From Mytilus californianus (lineage: Eukaryota), in contig NW_026262690.1 in the NCBI RefSeq assembly GCF_021869535.1, positions 115,072,001-115,136,000 of the forward strand: 64,000 nucleotides of DNA, given 5' to 3'. The position numbers were made by a program, and so were the translations under genes. Numbering within the stretch: position 1 is the stretch's first letter; each line of letters opens with the position of its first letter. Positions 61,291-64,000 of the stretch are shown piece by piece. A model generated the notes under the pieces. The model was given only the letters and a program-made list of their open reading frames with translations. It had not been told where the DNA came from and did no database searches.

Positions 61291-64000
61291 ATTCTCAATG
61301 AAATATTGGATTATGCCCCCTAAATATCTAATTTTGATTTTCACCTGGGAAGACCAAAACAAAAAACATTGAAATAAACAGCTGTTTATCCCAGGTTGCT
61401 CTATGGAGGACGCCATTGATTTTTTTCCCCTGCTTGTATTTGTCCAATTTTAAACGGTACAATTGCACAAAACTAAGCAAAGAAACAAATTTCATAATAA
61501 GCCCCATGATTGACTCAGGCTGAGTCAATATTCTCTGTCATATTTCGTTGCTTAATTGATTTTAAAACTACCAAAAAAACAATGCTTTGAGGCATCATTG
61601 GGCAAACGGTTGGGGAATGGCTTGAGGCATTGTTTTGCTCACACCAGGTGAAGCCTCAGGATAAAAGTAACAAGGTAAAAAATTGCATGTTGTATATTGC
61701 AACATAGGATTAGTTTAAGCAATTGTGTGCTAAGAATTCAAACAACTTCCAAAATTTTCAGTTCCAATGTTTATGTAGATCACATTAATCCTGCAATTTT
61801 ACAATAATCTTTGAATTATATCAATTGTAACATAACTACAGTTAATGACCTTGACTACCCATGAGACTCTAGGTGAGGTGAGTATCAGAGCACATTTATA
61901 AACTGGACTGATAGTCTCCTAAAATGCTTATAATATATTAATGATATGATCTGAATACAGTTATAGCATTTAATGACTACTGTTGTCTCAAAGCTGATGC
62001 TATTTTGTTATCAGATGTATAAGAATGCTTTTCTATTCATTGCTCTGCTTTGAGGGATCATTTTTGTATGGATTATTGACAAAGATTATTAAATTATAAA
62101 TAAATTTATTCAAATAGTTGTTGTAAATATGTTGATTTTCTCAAAAATATTTTTAAATTGTATTTAACGATAAAAAAAAGATAACTTTTTGAAACAATTG
62201 TTGTGAATATGTTAATTTTGCTGATTGTTTTTTTAATTATATATTTTTATATTGTTATACATTGTTATTGCTGTAATAAATATCTATACATGGTGTTTTA
62301 ATCTTCTATTTAGAAGAAAAGAAGGGATATATTAGGGTATTACTTCATAACACAAAATCCCTACATGTACAACAAAGCATAACCAAAAGAAAGGAACAGC
62401 TCTTTTATGTACTACTTTCCAATTTGGTGGTGTTACATCTTACAAAGTCTATCTAAATTATTTTTGCAAAGAATTCCCCTCAAGCCAGTGCTAGGGGCCG
62501 TCTTAAACTTGCAGTGAGGTGAGAGTTTTTTTGCTCCGTGTTGAAGGCCTCACTGTGACTTTGAGATGAAGAACAGCAATAAAAGCACTGTTCCTTTGCT
62601 TTTGTGTGTTTTTTGCTGTGCATGTACTGATTTTGTGTCACGAATGGATACCTCATATCCTTTGTTTTTCTATTAAAAGTATTGCCACTTTGCACTTCAT
62701 GATGTTGAGAGATGTACAGATAAAACGAGAATTCACCATGAGAGCTAGGTTGCATCCATGATTATTGATAAAATTCACACACTTAAAATTTTCCAATCTT
62801 TATGGCTCTATGGGCTGTTCTTCAAAACATCATTATATGATGCATGTATATATATTAATATTGTTTTGGTGTTGTTGTATGCTTTTTTAGACGTATATTT
62901 TATTTATTTTCTGTGTTCTCCATAACGATCCGACACCCTTGTAACAATGATTGTTGACTACTACCTAGAGGTTCTATATATATTAGTAGAAGTTTTCACC
63001 ATGAGAAATAAGTTTTATATTGCATATTCAGGTTCAGACAACATATGTTTCTTAGAGATCATTTTTCATTTCCACACTCCTGTGTTATAGTACAGCACAT
63101 GTTTGCACTTATATAAATTTAGGTATTTGGAATCTTCAGGAATTTAATTTGCTTTGGTTTCAATAAAAAAAGAATGGATAATGAGGGAATATTCATGCAG
63201 GCTTTCATTTCTATCATTTATTGGAAATTTGTAGTGTGATTAGCATGGAAGGGTCATTACAAAGGCAATCTCGTAATTTGAATATATTCCTTAAATTTGT
63301 AATATACAAGACAGTAACAAAAAATCCAAAATATATCATACGATACACTTCAGCAAACATAGCCCAAACCACAGCCCCCTTTTTATGTTGGTATTTAGAT
63401 GTTTTTAGTAAATGTCATATATTTAAGCTTATTTCCCCTTTATATTTAATGTTTTCATGCTCATAATATTTCAGCTTATTTCCCCTTACTAATGTTTTCT
63501 TGTTCATATTCATACAATCTTACAATAAGAGTAGTTGTGTGCTCATTCTGCACTTATTTTCGAATACATTTTCTAAGAGTAGAATAAGGGCTTTTTTAAA
63601 CTTGTCAAACCTGCTATAAAGGTCACCTCTTTAGAGCAAAAACCTGTCTGGTCAAGTTACCACATTGTCCCACTGTATTAATACCTATGCATTTTGAACC
63701 TCAAATCAAAGGTCAACTCTCTTGTAAGGTCCATTCTTATGTCCAGAGGATGACCATTATATCCAGATTTGACTGTACTGTAATTAGATTGAGGAGTATG
63801 ATATGGTATGGATATGAGCAAGAATACATTTAATAGGCTGAAATTATAAAGATACTACTGAAACAATCTGAACACCTAAAAAAGGGGGGTCCATGCCCCA
63901 AAGTGCCTGTGTCACAAACAACCATCTAATGCAAGATAGAACATGTTAAACTAAAACGGAAAGAAACAACATATAAGCTAGATAGCTAACAAGGTACAAA

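Overview
AT-rich eukaryotic genomic DNA with spliceosomal introns. The repeat families, the RING-less B-box genes and the globular-head C1q gene point to a bivalve mollusc, most likely a Mytilus-type mussel (inference). From left to right: (1) the 3' end of a CR1/L2-type LINE; (2) two intronless B-box/coiled-coil/beta-propeller (TRIM-like) paralogues on the + strand, plus a stub of a third; (3) GNPAT (peroxisomal DHAP acyltransferase) on the - strand, with 11 coding exons reconstructed at 14628-32053 and its last ~90 codons not found in the window; (4) inside a GNPAT intron, a ~5.5 kb decayed composite DNA transposon pairing a Tc1-like DD35E transposase head-to-head with a BEN-domain gene, which is the most unusual element here; (5) a 14-exon (or more) alpha/beta-hydrolase (peptidase S9-like) gene on the + strand at 36698-58705; (6) a 3-exon secreted C1q-domain gene nested antisense in one of its introns. 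Introns and intergenic DNA are dense with Helentron-associated (HINE-like) repeats carrying internal tandem arrays, TA- and TTAA-type MITEs, and retroelement fragments. Three separate partial exon duplications that include splice sites were found. No tRNA, rRNA or CRISPR array could be supported. All exon structures were derived by hand from splice-site and reading-frame continuity; no database search was run.
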